A stretch of DNA of 64,000 nt from Oligoflexales bacterium (lineage in GTDB: Bacteria > Bdellovibrionota_B > Oligoflexia > Oligoflexales > CAIYRB01). The notes below the pieces were generated by a model. That model was not told the DNA's origin and did not search any database. It worked only from the letters and a program-made list of their open reading frames with translations. Where the stretch lies: contig JBGSUI010000056.1 of NCBI GenBank assembly GCA_041736175.1, positions 64,001 through 128,000 on the forward strand. Reading direction: 5' to 3'. Positions within the stretch are counted from its first letter, which is position 1; each line of letters starts with the position of its first letter. Shown here in pieces: positions 35,573 through 45,839 of the stretch. Position numbers and translations under genes: made by a program.

Positions 35573-37953
35573 GAGGCCTTTGTGTCGTTTGGAGTTTCAG
35601 GTGATTTTAGTTTTGTTTTTGATTTTTGCGCCTCATGGGAATACGCAAACTCAATAAGATACTGAATAAGGATGTCGCTTTGGATTTTGTCCAGGTTGCT
35701 GATAAGGATCCCGTGAACAAACTCAGTTCCTTCCGTATAGCTCCATCGAACCTCCCCAAGTAGCACTTCGACACCATCTCGGGAGAGGAGGCCTTTGAGC
35801 TGTCCTGCTGCATCGTCGATGGAGATATTGAGGCGAGTGCCCCGAGCTAAGAGGCGAGGGAGTTTTACACTAAAACCTTGGTGAGAAAAATTCACCAAGG
35901 ACCCTGAGCCTACATTAGTCAAGAGAATGATCTTTGAAGGATCGTGGACTGGCCAGCGTTGTTCGTCACGGCCAATATTGACGCATCTTCTAAAGGCTTC
36001 GAGGGCCTGGGCTCGCATGGTTGTTTGGTCCCAAAAGGGATCGTACTCATAGGCTTCGACGAGTTCGCTATGGTGTTTGATTTGAATAAACCGCTTGATA
36101 AAAGCCTGGGCGGGGACACTGGGGCCCTTGATAAGATCATAGGTCGTGGCCCCCATCAAAATCGAGTGCATTTCGGAAGCCCCTTCGAGGCGTTTTGCAA
36201 AGTTGACTCCGTTGCCGACAACGGTGAAATCGATCCGGCTTGATGAGCCAAGATCTCCAAGATAGCAGGAGGAGGTGTTGATACCGATCCGTAGGGGATA
36301 AACCGGTTCGCCGACTTCAGCAGCTTCTAAATTGCGCTTAAGGTTTTCTGTCTGGATCGCGATGCCGCATTTAAGGGCTTGTTCCGCATGGTTTGGGGTC
36401 GAACTATCCATATCAAAACGATAGCCAAAATAGCACAGCAGGCCATCGCCTAAGGTTTTGTCGATAATTCCACCAAATTGGTGAATCGTGTCACCAATTT
36501 GGGAAAGCATTTTTTTGAGGTTTTCAAAGGCGAGTCTAGGGAGCATGTTTTCTGCAAGGAGGGAAAACCCCACCACATCGATAAACATAAGAGTCACCAC
36601 TCGTTCTCGGGTGTCAAAGGAGATTGCGTCAGGCTTTTTTAACATCGCCTTAAGGTCTGTCGGCGCAACCAGCCCGTCTAGGGCGGATTTCAAAGCCTCG
36701 ACGCGACGCTCGCTTGCTCTGGATTTGTGGGCAAAAATCGTAAGCCCTCCACCCCATAGACCGATCAAGGGGAACAGCCAGGGGACGAGAATACTGAAAT
36801 AGACAAAGACGGCAAAACTAGCTCCAATGAAGACTAGCGTGGTACCCATAAGACCAAACCAAAATCCTAAAATGGAACGATTGAGAGGAATCAACGCTCC
36901 AATGAGCGTCAAAATGATAATAAAAAACTCCCCACCGGTCAGCGGACGAATCCAGGAATCGGTTAAGAGGCTATTGATAATGGTGGCAATAACAAAACCA
37001 CCCGGTGTGGGCCCAAAGGGTGTCATCTTAAAGTCAGTATTGCCCGTATACATTTGGGGTATCAGGAGGACGACGTCGCCCTCGTTGACAAGTGAGGATG
37101 GTTGGAATTTACGGGATTTTTGGATCAACCCCCACATACTACGGCTGACTTGATAGAGTCGGTCGGGAGAGGGGAAGTTGACAATGGTGCTACCATCGCT
37201 ATTAACTGGAATCGCTTTACCGTTGAAGAGAATCCTGCTGTCTTCGAATTTGAGCTCTCCCGGTAGATAAAAGGCTAGATGGCGGATGACCGTCTGGGGG
37301 CGCACGAGCATGAGGGGGGCAATCGTACCTAGACCATCGTAATGGAGGTGGCCAATATGGCGCACCGCCTTTTGGATTTCACGGGCGGGACCATAGGGAT
37401 GGCCTAACAACCGCTCGGACATCGCCGGGAGCTGGGCAGGTTGATTAGGGGTGAGATATTGGCTGACGGCATATTCGGGCCGGTTGAGATCAAGAGGTTC
37501 ACGGTAGGAGATCGGGGCGGGAGATACAAACGACCCGACGATGACGGGAGCTTTGATTTGGGATAAAGCTTTAATCCACTCCCCTTGGCTCCCGGTGATA
37601 TCGTCTCCTCGGGACCACATGGCATCAACAAAAATCGCTTTCGGCTGACGAACATCGATTGATTGGAGGATCTTGACCCACTCTTCAAGCCCTAGTACCC
37701 AGGTTCCGAGTTGGGCAAAGGTACTATCGTCGATGGAGTAGATTTTTAGTTTAGAGCTTATCACGGGACCTTTGCCCAAAAGCTCCCGGGCCGAGAAAAG
37801 CAGCGGCAACGAGATCCGAGAGTCAGCATGGGACTGGATCGCCGTTCGATGTCCCAAAATAAGGGGTATCGCCCACACAGCGACTGCAACCGCAAGCCAA
37901 GACTTCTTGATGGACTGATTCGTCAGCCACTCTTTGCCAGATAGACGTGACAC
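35569..37953 (-). CDS. CHASE2-domain class III adenylate cyclase with C-terminal PilZ-like domain
   Basis: N-terminal TM, CHASE2-like IYSIDD...TPFG.TPG, 3 TMs, FIDVVGFS, KTLGDG, RIGINT, DFTVVGNGVNFAKRLE; tail RDEQR...NFSHQG...GEVRW. Confidence 0.88.
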   Translation of the reverse strand: MSRLSGKEWLTNQSIKKSWLAVAVAVWAIPLILGHRTAIQSHADSRISLPLLFSARELLGKGPVISSKLKIYSIDDSTFAQLGTWVLGLEEWVKILQSIDVRQPKAIFVDAMWSRGDDITGSQGEWIKALSQIKAPVIVGSFVSPAPISYREPLDLNRPEYAVSQYLTPNQPAQLPAMSERLLGHPYGPAREIQKAVRHIGHLHYDGLGTIAPLMLVRPQTVIRHLAFYLPGELKFEDSRILFNGKAIPVNSDGSTIVNFPSPDRLYQVSRSMWGLIQKSRKFQPSSLVNEGDVVLLIPQMYTGNTDFKMTPFGPTPGGFVIATIINSLLTDSWIRPLTGGEFFIIILTLIGALIPLNRSILGFWFGLMGTTLVFIGASFAVFVYFSILVPWLFPLIGLWGGGLTIFAHKSRASERRVEALKSALDGLVAPTDLKAMLKKPDAISFDTRERVVTLMFIDVVGFSLLAENMLPRLAFENLKKMLSQIGDTIHQFGGIIDKTLGDGLLCYFGYRFDMDSSTPNHAEQALKCGIAIQTENLKRNLEAAEVGEPVYPLRIGINTSSCYLGDLGSSSRIDFTVVGNGVNFAKRLEGASEMHSILMGATTYDLIKGPSVPAQAFIKRFIQIKHHSELVEAYEYDPFWDQTTMRAQALEAFRRCVNIGRDEQRWPVHDPSKIILLTNVGSGSLVNFSHQGFSVKLPRLLARGTRLNISIDDAAGQLKGLLSRDGVEVLLGEVRWSYTEGTEFVHGILISNLDKIQSDILIQYLIEFAYSHEAQKSKTKLKSPETPNDTKAS

Positions 37954-38155
37954 CTGGTTTGGTTCCCCATAGAGCTTAGAGAGTTACTGGTAGACGCATC
38001 GGCTGTGATTGGGCGCGACTTGAGTTTTTATAGGTCTATGAATTAACTTGCTTAACGATTAAAAACCGACTATTAAACATCTATTAACGAAGGCTTCCAT
38101 GAGCCAACGACATCTCAGAGAAACTTGGCCCAAGCTCGAGGAGTGATGTTTTAAG

Positions 38156-39121
38156 ATGCAGCCCATACTGAAGGTTGAAAACTTAGTCACCACTTTTTTT
38201 ACCAAAGGGGGGGCCCTTCGGGCTGTTGATGGGATTTCCTATGAGGTTGGTCGAGGCGAAACTCTAGGGATTGTCGGCGAAAGCGGCTGTGGCAAGAGTG
38301 TGACCAGCTTTTCGATTTTAGGCCTCCTAAGCCACCCGGGCAAAGTCACTGGGGGAAAGATCTCCTTTGAAGGCCGGGACCTGCTGACCTTGCCGGCAGA
38401 AGAGATGCGTAAGATCCGGGGCAATCAGATCGCCATGATCTTTCAGGAGCCAATGACGGCCCTAAACCCCGTTTTGACGGTGGGATATCAGATCGCGGAG
38501 CAAATCCTTGCCCACGAAGCCGTGAGTTCCAAAGACGCACGGGACCGTTCCATCGACTTGCTTAAGAGAGTGGGAATCCCCTCTCCGGAGCTTCGCGTGG
38601 ATGATTACCCCCATCAGCTTTCGGGGGGGATGAGGCAACGGGCCATGATTGCCATGGCTCTGTCCTGTAACCCCCAACTCTTGATCGCCGACGAACCGAC
38701 CACGGCTCTCGATGTGACGATTCAGGCGCAAATTCTCGATCTCCTCCAGAAACTTCAAGACGAACTCAAAATGTCCATGCAGTTTATCACCCACGATTTG
38801 GGGGTGATTTCCGAACTTTCGGACCGGGTGGCGGTGATGTATGCCGGCACGATTGTCGAAGAGGCTCCGGCAGCAACGATCTTTTCTAGTCCCAAACACC
38901 CCTATACGGTGGGACTCCTTGAGTCGATTCCAAGTCCCTTACGACCTCAAAAGCGGCTTCCAACGATTCCCGGTGCTGTTCCATCCTTACACCAACTCCC
39001 CACGGGCTGCCGCTTCCAAAATCGATGTATGCGGGCCACTGACCAGTGCCGTCGGGAGGTGCCAGTGTTAGAAAATATAAGTTTAGGGCATAAGGTTGCT
39101 TGCTTCCACCCGTTTGTTTAG
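38156..39121 (+). CDS. oppD: Oligopeptide/dipeptide ABC transporter ATPase
   Basis: GESGCGKS, FQEPMTALNP, LSGGMRQR, ADEPTTALD, C-terminal Cys cluster. Confidence 0.93.
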   Translation: MQPILKVENLVTTFFTKGGALRAVDGISYEVGRGETLGIVGESGCGKSVTSFSILGLLSHPGKVTGGKISFEGRDLLTLPAEEMRKIRGNQIAMIFQEPMTALNPVLTVGYQIAEQILAHEAVSSKDARDRSIDLLKRVGIPSPELRVDDYPHQLSGGMRQRAMIAMALSCNPQLLIADEPTTALDVTIQAQILDLLQKLQDELKMSMQFITHDLGVISELSDRVAVMYAGTIVEEAPAATIFSSPKHPYTVGLLESIPSPLRPQKRLPTIPGAVPSLHQLPTGCRFQNRCMRATDQCRREVPVLENISLGHKVACFHPFV

Positions 39122-39167
39122 TCCCCGTCCAAGCCCGAGACCCTTAATCGATGCAACAGGAGCATGA

Positions 39168-40190
39168 GTGCAGATGTCGGAGCCAACGATTTTAAGTGTG
39201 AGAAATCTTAAAAAGCACTTTCCCATAAGGTCGGGACTCCTTATGCGGCAGACGGGTACCATCCAGGCAGTGAACGGGGTGAGCTTTGACCTAAGAGCTG
39301 GAGAAACCCTTGGTCTGGTCGGTGAATCAGGGTGCGGAAAATCAACCCTTGGGCGCACGGTGATCCAGATCTACCAACCATCGGAGGGCACCATCCACTT
39401 TTCGGGCCAAGATGTCAGCCATTTACGGGGCAAAAAGCTATTGGATTTTAGGCGCAACGTCCAGATGATCTTTCAAGATCCCTATAGTTCCCTCAATCCA
39501 AGACGGACGGTAGCGAGCATCATAGAACAGCCACTTATCGTTCACGGGTTTCCTGAGGCGGAACGTCGCCGCAGGGTTGTGGAACTCCTAGATAAAATCA
39601 GTTTAGGGAAATGGGCCCAAAATCGCTATCCCCATGAGTTTTCGGGAGGCCAGAGGCAAAGGATTGCCATCGCCCGGGCAATTGCTCTTAAACCACAGTT
39701 GGTGATCGCTGACGAACCGGTGTCAGCCCTCGATGTATCGGTCCAGTCGCAGATTTTGAACCTTATGGCGGACCTCCGCGACGAGATGGGAATCTCGTTT
39801 TTGTTTATCTCCCACGATCTAGCGGTGGTGCAGCATATGTCCCACCGGATTGCCGTGATGTATCTAGGCTCCATTGTCGAAACCGCCACGCGGGATGAAC
39901 TCTTTCGGGTGCCTCGTCATCCCTACACCCAGGCTCTGATGGCGGCAAACCCCCGTCCGGGTCAGGGAAAACGCAAAAACAGGCCGGTGTTGACCGGTGA
40001 TGTCCCGAGTCCCGTACAATTACCCCAGGGCTGTCGATTTCACCCCAGGTGTCCCCATGCCGACACCCGATGCAAAACCGAGGTGCCGGTGCTGCGGGAT
40101 TTAGGAGTACCCGGTTACCAAGTGGCTTGTCATAAGGTGACCTCTTTGACTGATTACCCAATCTATGGAAAAAATGAGCCAACAAACTAA
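39168..40190 (+). CDS. oppF: Oligopeptide/dipeptide ABC transporter ATPase
   Basis: GESGCGKST, FQDPYSSLNP, FSGGQRQR, ADEPVSALD. Confidence 0.93.
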   Translation: MQMSEPTILSVRNLKKHFPIRSGLLMRQTGTIQAVNGVSFDLRAGETLGLVGESGCGKSTLGRTVIQIYQPSEGTIHFSGQDVSHLRGKKLLDFRRNVQMIFQDPYSSLNPRRTVASIIEQPLIVHGFPEAERRRRVVELLDKISLGKWAQNRYPHEFSGGQRQRIAIARAIALKPQLVIADEPVSALDVSVQSQILNLMADLRDEMGISFLFISHDLAVVQHMSHRIAVMYLGSIVETATRDELFRVPRHPYTQALMAANPRPGQGKRKNRPVLTGDVPSPVQLPQGCRFHPRCPHADTRCKTEVPVLRDLGVPGYQVACHKVTSLTDYPIYGKNEPTN

Positions 40191-40262
40191 AGTTCTTGGA
40201 GAAAGGTCCCGACGAGACCAATTGAGTCGGACAATCTTTAGCGTCAAACAAAAGGAGTGTCT

Positions 40263-41966
40263 ATGAGTTTGCAAATCAGAACCGTGTATGTGATCCTGGC
40301 TTTTATGATTGGTTTCGGTCCCGAGGGGCTGGCAGCTCCCAACAATAAACAACTCAATATAGGTACGGGGCAAGAGTTTGACACCCTGAACCAGCTGGTC
40401 TCGTCAGCATCAGCATCACACTATCTGGCGCACATGACCAATCGGTCTCTTATCGTACCCAATGCCGACTGGAAGTGGGAGTGCCAACTTTGTGTGGAAA
40501 TCCCGACCCTCCAAAATGGCATGGTCAAGACGATCGAAGAGGGTGGCCAAAAAAAGATGGTCGTAAGCTGGAAGATCAAACCTGAAGCGGTTTGGAGCGA
40601 CGGCACCCCGGTCACTGGTAAAGATATACAGTTTAGCTGGGAAGTCGGCACCGATCTAAAGGTTTCCGTCGGTGAGCGGGACTACTACGACCGCATCGAG
40701 TCGATCACCCCGGATCCTATAGATCCCAAAGCCTTTTCCATGAAATATAAAAAGGCCCGTTATGATTACTACCAGCTTTCGTCGTTTTTTGTCCTGCCCA
40801 GCCATATCGAAGGGCCTATCTACAACAAACATAAAGCGCAGCTCGGAGCCTATGAGAAAAACTCAGCCTTTGTGGTCGACCCCACCAGGCTCGGTCTTTC
40901 GAATGGGCCTTATATGTACAAGGAAGTCAAACTGGGCAGCCATGTAACCCTCGTCAAAAATCCCAAGTGGTACGGCAAGGCCGCCGCGATTGAGACCGTG
41001 ATCGTCAAGGTGATTCCCAACACCCAAACCTTAGAGGCTAACCTGGTTTCAGGGACCATCGATATGATTGGAGAGCTAGGCTTAACCTTTGACCAAGCCA
41101 TCGCCCTCGACAAGCGCCTTAAAAAGCAGCCCGAACTGGCCAAGAAATATAAAGTGGGATTTGAAGAGTCGCTGATCTACGAGCATGTGGAGCTAAACCT
41201 GGACAATCCTATCCTCGCTGATCTGCGGGTGCGTAAGGCACTGATGCATGCCTTAGACCGCCAAAAGCTTGTGGATGCTCTTTTCGAAGGTAAACAAAAG
41301 GTCACCCATACCCATGTCCACCCTCGGGATGTTTACTTTTCCGATGCCGTCACCAAGTACGAACCTAATCTAGCCAAGGCCGCCAGTCTCCTGGACGAAG
41401 CAGGGTGGAAGCTTGGCTCCCCCGGCTCCCCCGTTTATCGAGAAAAGGATGGAAAACGCCTGAGTCTTACCATTATGACCACGGCTGGCAATAAGACCCG
41501 GGAGCTGGTTGAGGTTTTTATCCAAGAGCAGTTCAAAAAGGTAGGGGTCGAGTTAAATATTAACAACGTCCCTCCTCGGGTGTTGTTTGGCGAAACCACT
41601 CCAAAGAGGCAGTTTACCGGACTTGCCATGTTTGCCCAAACGTCCACTCCCGAGAATCCGCCGATCAGCACCATGCACTCTAGCCAGATTCCATCTAAAG
41701 AAAATGGTTATGGAGGACAAAATTATGGTGGCTGGAGGAATAAACGCAATGATGAAATCCTCGATACGGTCTTTACAGAATTTGATCTCGAAAAACGTAA
41801 GGTCCTGATGGCGGAACAACAGCGAATCTACTCGGATGATGTCCCCCATTTTCCCCTCTATATGCGGGCCGATGTCTCGGTGGTTCCTACCAATCTTAAG
41901 GGTTATAGGATGACCGGGCATCTCACCCAGTCCACCCACTGGATCCAGGATTGGAAGCTAGAATGA
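40263..41966 (+). CDS. oppA: Peptide ABC transporter substrate-binding protein (family 5)
   Basis: Signal peptide; WSDGTPVT..D, GPY, RVRKAL.HALDR, LLDEAGW; AAGGAG RBS before ATG 40263. Confidence 0.9.
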   Translation: MSLQIRTVYVILAFMIGFGPEGLAAPNNKQLNIGTGQEFDTLNQLVSSASASHYLAHMTNRSLIVPNADWKWECQLCVEIPTLQNGMVKTIEEGGQKKMVVSWKIKPEAVWSDGTPVTGKDIQFSWEVGTDLKVSVGERDYYDRIESITPDPIDPKAFSMKYKKARYDYYQLSSFFVLPSHIEGPIYNKHKAQLGAYEKNSAFVVDPTRLGLSNGPYMYKEVKLGSHVTLVKNPKWYGKAAAIETVIVKVIPNTQTLEANLVSGTIDMIGELGLTFDQAIALDKRLKKQPELAKKYKVGFEESLIYEHVELNLDNPILADLRVRKALMHALDRQKLVDALFEGKQKVTHTHVHPRDVYFSDAVTKYEPNLAKAASLLDEAGWKLGSPGSPVYREKDGKRLSLTIMTTAGNKTRELVEVFIQEQFKKVGVELNINNVPPRVLFGETTPKRQFTGLAMFAQTSTPENPPISTMHSSQIPSKENGYGGQNYGGWRNKRNDEILDTVFTEFDLEKRKVLMAEQQRIYSDDVPHFPLYMRADVSVVPTNLKGYRMTGHLTQSTHWIQDWKLE

Positions 41967-41969
41967 TCT

Positions 41970-41999
41970 AGGGAGTCTCCTCGAAAGGAGGGGCCCCCT
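41970..41999 (+). terminator. Stem-loop after the SBP gene (attenuator or mRNA stabiliser)
   Basis: CTCCT-CGAA-AGGAG core with G/C-rich extension; no U-tract. Confidence 0.35.
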
Positions 42000-42063
42000 G
42001 TTAGGTATAAGTGTGTGCGGCTTATCGAAACGGAAAAAAAGTCACTTAGGTTGGGGTTCTACT

Positions 42064-43038
42064 ATGGCAGCATTTATCGCGAGGCGCTTGATCCAGACCG
42101 TGATCTTGATTTTGCTTTTGTCTTTTGCCAGCTACTGGATGATGGGACTTATGCCTGGAGATCCCCTGGACGTCGCTTGCCAAGCCAATCCCCATTGCAC
42201 CCCAGAAAACCTCGAGCAGATGAAAAAAAATCTAGGTTTAGACCAACCGATCCATGTGCGCTACTTTCAGTGGTTGGGAGACCTGATGCGGGGGGACTTG
42301 GGATATTCCAGGACCTATCGCTTGCCGGTCACCGAGATCCTTGGTCCCCGTCTCGTCAACACCCTCTACCTATCAGGGATTTCCCTGCTCTTGTCATTGA
42401 TCATCGCCATCCCCTTGGGTGTCTACACCAGTCTTCGTCAAAACTCTAAGATCGACTACACCCTAAACATGTTTGCTTTTGCGGGCATCTCCGTCCCCTC
42501 TTTTTGGTTGGCCTTGATGCTGATCATCACCTTTGCGGTCAAGCTTAATTGGCTGCCCGCAAGCGGTACGGAAACCATCGGTGGCGACGGGATGATGAAT
42601 TCTTTTGAGATCGCCTTAGACCGCATTAGATATTTGATTTTACCAGTCACCACCCTTTCCCTTTTGACCATTGCCTCCTGGGTACGCTACACCCGCGCCA
42701 AAATGTTAGAGACCATGCGCAACGACTATATCCGCACGGCCCGAGCCAAAGGCCTGTCGGAATCTCGGGTGATCTATCGACACGGATTGCGCAATGCCCT
42801 GATTCCTGTGGTCACCGTGGTGGCTTTGGGTTTCTCGGGGCTTTTTTCAGGGGCCGTGATCACCGAAACAGTCTTTGCATACCAAGGTGCGGGCAAACTG
42901 ATTTTTGATTCGATTTTTGCCAACGACTACAATGTGGCCATGTGCAGCTTTATCGTTACCAGCCTCTGTGTGATGCTGATGAACTTGGTTGCCGATGTCC
43001 TCTATGCTTATTTGGATCCACGGATTTCCTACCATTAG
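42064..43038 (+). CDS. oppB: Peptide ABC transporter permease
   Basis: PGDP, GLDQP...Y..W, GDLGYS, EAA loop YIRTARAKGL, LDPRI. Confidence 0.93.
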   Translation: MAAFIARRLIQTVILILLLSFASYWMMGLMPGDPLDVACQANPHCTPENLEQMKKNLGLDQPIHVRYFQWLGDLMRGDLGYSRTYRLPVTEILGPRLVNTLYLSGISLLLSLIIAIPLGVYTSLRQNSKIDYTLNMFAFAGISVPSFWLALMLIITFAVKLNWLPASGTETIGGDGMMNSFEIALDRIRYLILPVTTLSLLTIASWVRYTRAKMLETMRNDYIRTARAKGLSESRVIYRHGLRNALIPVVTVVALGFSGLFSGAVITETVFAYQGAGKLIFDSIFANDYNVAMCSFIVTSLCVMLMNLVADVLYAYLDPRISYH

Positions 43039-43069
43039 GGAAAACCTTGTTTTAATTTAGGGAGTCAAT

Positions 43070-44041
43070 GTGAGTACCACCGAAAAGCCTCTGTCACCCC
43101 ATGGGATCCCAGCCGCTCAGGAGACCCCACCCGCAGACATTCATGCCCATAAATCCATGTTTCAGCTTGCTATCGGGCAGCTTATGGAACATCGGATGGC
43201 TGTCGTAAGTCTGGTGGTGATCTGTTTTTTTGTGTTGGTCGCCCTGGGCGCAAACTTGATTGCTAACAGTCTTGGCATCGACCCCGAGGCCCAAGACATC
43301 CTCAATCGCTATGGTCCATGGAGTGCCGAACATTGGCTAGGGACCGACGAAGTCGGTCGCGATGTTTTTGTCCGGCTGATCTTTGGTACCAGAATTTCCC
43401 TGATGGTTGCGTTTGTCGTTGCGATCGCGTCGACCATGATCGGGATTGCGGTCGGTGCGCTGGCCGGTTATTACGGCGGAGTGGTTGATATGCTGCTGAT
43501 GCGCCTTACCGATTCCCTCCTTGCACTCCCGACGATTCCCATTTTGATTATTGTGGCCAGCATCGATCCAGCCAGGGTGCCTTTTTTAGACACGGTAAGC
43601 GCTGAAAATGTCAGTATCGTAAAAATGATTTTTGTACTGATGATTTTTTCGTGGATGGTACAGGCTCGTCTGGTGCGTGGCGAGGTTCTAGCGATTAAAG
43701 AACAAGAGTATGTCCTAGCCGCGAAGACTTCGGGGATGAACGGTATGCAGATCATACTTAAAGAATTGATCCCAAATGTGATCACACCGGTGATTGTTTC
43801 CGTCACCCTCGGCATCGGATCTTCGATCCTATTCGAGGCAGCCCTCAGCTTCTTAGGACTCGGAATCCAACCACCCACGCCATCCTGGGGCAATATGCTT
43901 AACAATGCCCAGGAGATCGTCTATAGCGCGCCCCTGTTGGCGGTGATTCCTGGACTGCTTATCCTGATCATCACCATGAGCTTTAACTTTTTAGGGGACG
44001 GCCTCCAAGACGCCCTCGATCCCAAGGCGATTCGCCGCTAG
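43070..44041 (+). CDS. oppC: Peptide ABC transporter permease
   Basis: HWLGTD..GRD, G.RISL, EAALSFLGLG..PPTPSWG, NFLGDGL.DALDP. Confidence 0.93.
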   Translation: MSTTEKPLSPHGIPAAQETPPADIHAHKSMFQLAIGQLMEHRMAVVSLVVICFFVLVALGANLIANSLGIDPEAQDILNRYGPWSAEHWLGTDEVGRDVFVRLIFGTRISLMVAFVVAIASTMIGIAVGALAGYYGGVVDMLLMRLTDSLLALPTIPILIIVASIDPARVPFLDTVSAENVSIVKMIFVLMIFSWMVQARLVRGEVLAIKEQEYVLAAKTSGMNGMQIILKELIPNVITPVIVSVTLGIGSSILFEAALSFLGLGIQPPTPSWGNMLNNAQEIVYSAPLLAVIPGLLILIITMSFNFLGDGLQDALDPKAIRR

Positions 44042-44053
44042 TTTTAAAAAGGC

Positions 44054-44086
44054 TAAAGCCCAAAGCATCCTCTGCTATGGGCTTTA
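44054..44086. terminator. Probable bidirectional intrinsic terminator between convergent genes
   Basis: TAAAGCCCA..AGCA-TCCTC-TGCT..TGGGCTTTA inverted repeat with A/T-rich flanks. Confidence 0.65.
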
Positions 44087-44108
44087 ACTTTAAAGAGAGA
44101 CTCTAAAC

Positions 44109-45563
44109 TTACTTGCTTTGGCTGGGTGTTTGCCCTGGGGTCTGGGTCGGAGTCTGTGCGGGACCTTTACCGCCACCAGTGCTGGTACCTGTTCCTTTAC
44201 CGGGGGCGCCATCTTCATCTCCCTTAGCAGGAGGTGCAGGAGGCATCGGGGTCGCCGGAGGTGTTGGAGTCGCGGGAGGCGTTGGGGTTGCCGGAGTCGC
44301 CGGCGTCGTAGGGGTCTCTGGAGTCCCAGGTGCTGGAGGATTTGGCTCCTTGCCATCTCCACCGGGAGCCGTGGCCGGAGGTGTTGCCGGCGTTGCGGGA
44401 GGAGTCCCTTTGCCGGTTTCAGCCGTGGGGATAAATCCACCTTCGCCACCCTTACCGTAGTCGACACCGTCACCTTTTCCCGAGTCCGCTGCCCCCTTGT
44501 CACCAGTGCCGGTAGAGGAGCCTACATCAAATTTACATTGGGAGCCCTTGTCGACGTTGATCATCGTAACATAGGTTTCAGGTTTAGCATTCAGGTATTT
44601 AAGGGTATCCGTCAACTTGAGAACTGACTTAGATTCAGGGGTTTGATCGAATTTAATCGTGCGGTTGTAGGTCGTGTCTTTGCCTTTGACTCCAACCGAA
44701 AAGGCAGCTACATGACTAAAGAGATTGTTCTCGGATTTGCGGCTGATATTAAATTCGCCGGAAAGGGTTTCAAGGGCACCGCCCTCGGCCTTGTGAACCA
44801 CCTGGACTGAGGCATTAAAGCTCCCCTGGGTGCTGCTGCCTAAGGCCCGTTTGAAACCGATACCGAGGATTTGGGTGGCGTCTGCTTCTTTGATTTTGGG
44901 ATCGACCGACTCATTTTTTATTTCAGTAAGTTGGATCGTAAAGCTACCCGTCGTCACCGTTTCGCCGTTGACGTCTTCGACGTTGGTGTCACCGGAAATC
45001 TTGAGCCCTAATTCCATCAAAATAAGTTGGGCGACGGCAGCTAGCTCTTTTGAGGCACCCTTTAAGGCCGGATTTAGTTTACCAGCACTTGCTTCGGAGA
45101 GCTTTGCCAGCACTGCGGTCTTAAGGATCATACCTAAGAAGTTGTTTGCTTCGTGCATATTGAACTTAAGTCCAATGTTGCGGCAGCTTTCCTTGCTATA
45201 ATAAAATCCAGAGTCGCTTCCGCCAAAGAGGCCATCCTTCTTGGAAACCTTTGCTGACCCTAACTCGATAAGATGGGTTCGGTAGTTTCTAACAGCATTG
45301 CGGACGTCTTGCCGGTAGTCTTTCTTAGCAAGCTCCTTGATCACCAAGTCGATGCCCATGACTTTAAGTTGATCCAAATGTTTTAGAAAATCTTCTGAAT
45401 TTGCAAGATTGAGTGCAGCAGAATTCTCTACAGAGGATAGGTCAACATCCCGAGGTTTCTTTTGCACTTTAACAACTAGGTTTCCACAACTTGACATGAC
45501 CAAGCCTGTAGCCAACCCGACACTTATGCCTTTGATCCGTGGTGTAATACGCATCGCTCCCAT
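44109..45563 (-). CDS. Hypothetical lipoprotein with C-terminal Pro/Thr/Gly-rich tail
   Basis: Lipobox MSSC; TPPATP repeats at the C-terminus; start ATG 45563 or 45554 preferred to the ORF-track start 45650. Confidence 0.7.
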   Translation of the reverse strand: MGAMRITPRIKGISVGLATGLVMSSCGNLVVKVQKKPRDVDLSSVENSAALNLANSEDFLKHLDQLKVMGIDLVIKELAKKDYRQDVRNAVRNYRTHLIELGSAKVSKKDGLFGGSDSGFYYSKESCRNIGLKFNMHEANNFLGMILKTAVLAKLSEASAGKLNPALKGASKELAAVAQLILMELGLKISGDTNVEDVNGETVTTGSFTIQLTEIKNESVDPKIKEADATQILGIGFKRALGSSTQGSFNASVQVVHKAEGGALETLSGEFNISRKSENNLFSHVAAFSVGVKGKDTTYNRTIKFDQTPESKSVLKLTDTLKYLNAKPETYVTMINVDKGSQCKFDVGSSTGTGDKGAADSGKGDGVDYGKGGEGGFIPTAETGKGTPPATPATPPATAPGGDGKEPNPPAPGTPETPTTPATPATPTPPATPTPPATPMPPAPPAKGDEDGAPGKGTGTSTGGGKGPAQTPTQTPGQTPSQSK

Positions 45564-45839
45564 CCCAATATTCAACAGTTTCAACTCAGCTTTCAACGAG
45601 GGCAACACTACCCTGTCAACAGAATCCCTAGTGCAAAGACTAGGCCACAAGACTCGCAGTCACCCCCGATAGTAGCCAATCGCCACAAATGACGAGTCTT
45701 TTGCTGTTCGCAGGTTTTGTGGTCATCCCTAGGATTGGGTTTTTTAGGTGTCTTTTTTTTAGTCACCGGCTAACGAATAGCCAAAATTGAGCATATGACC
45801 TGATCACTCGGGATCCGATCACACGGATCTCTCGAGGCC

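Noticed and set aside
44090..44627. Gly/Val- and Arg-rich alternative-frame ORFs
   Set aside because: Frame artefacts of the Pro/Thr-rich tail of the lipoprotein
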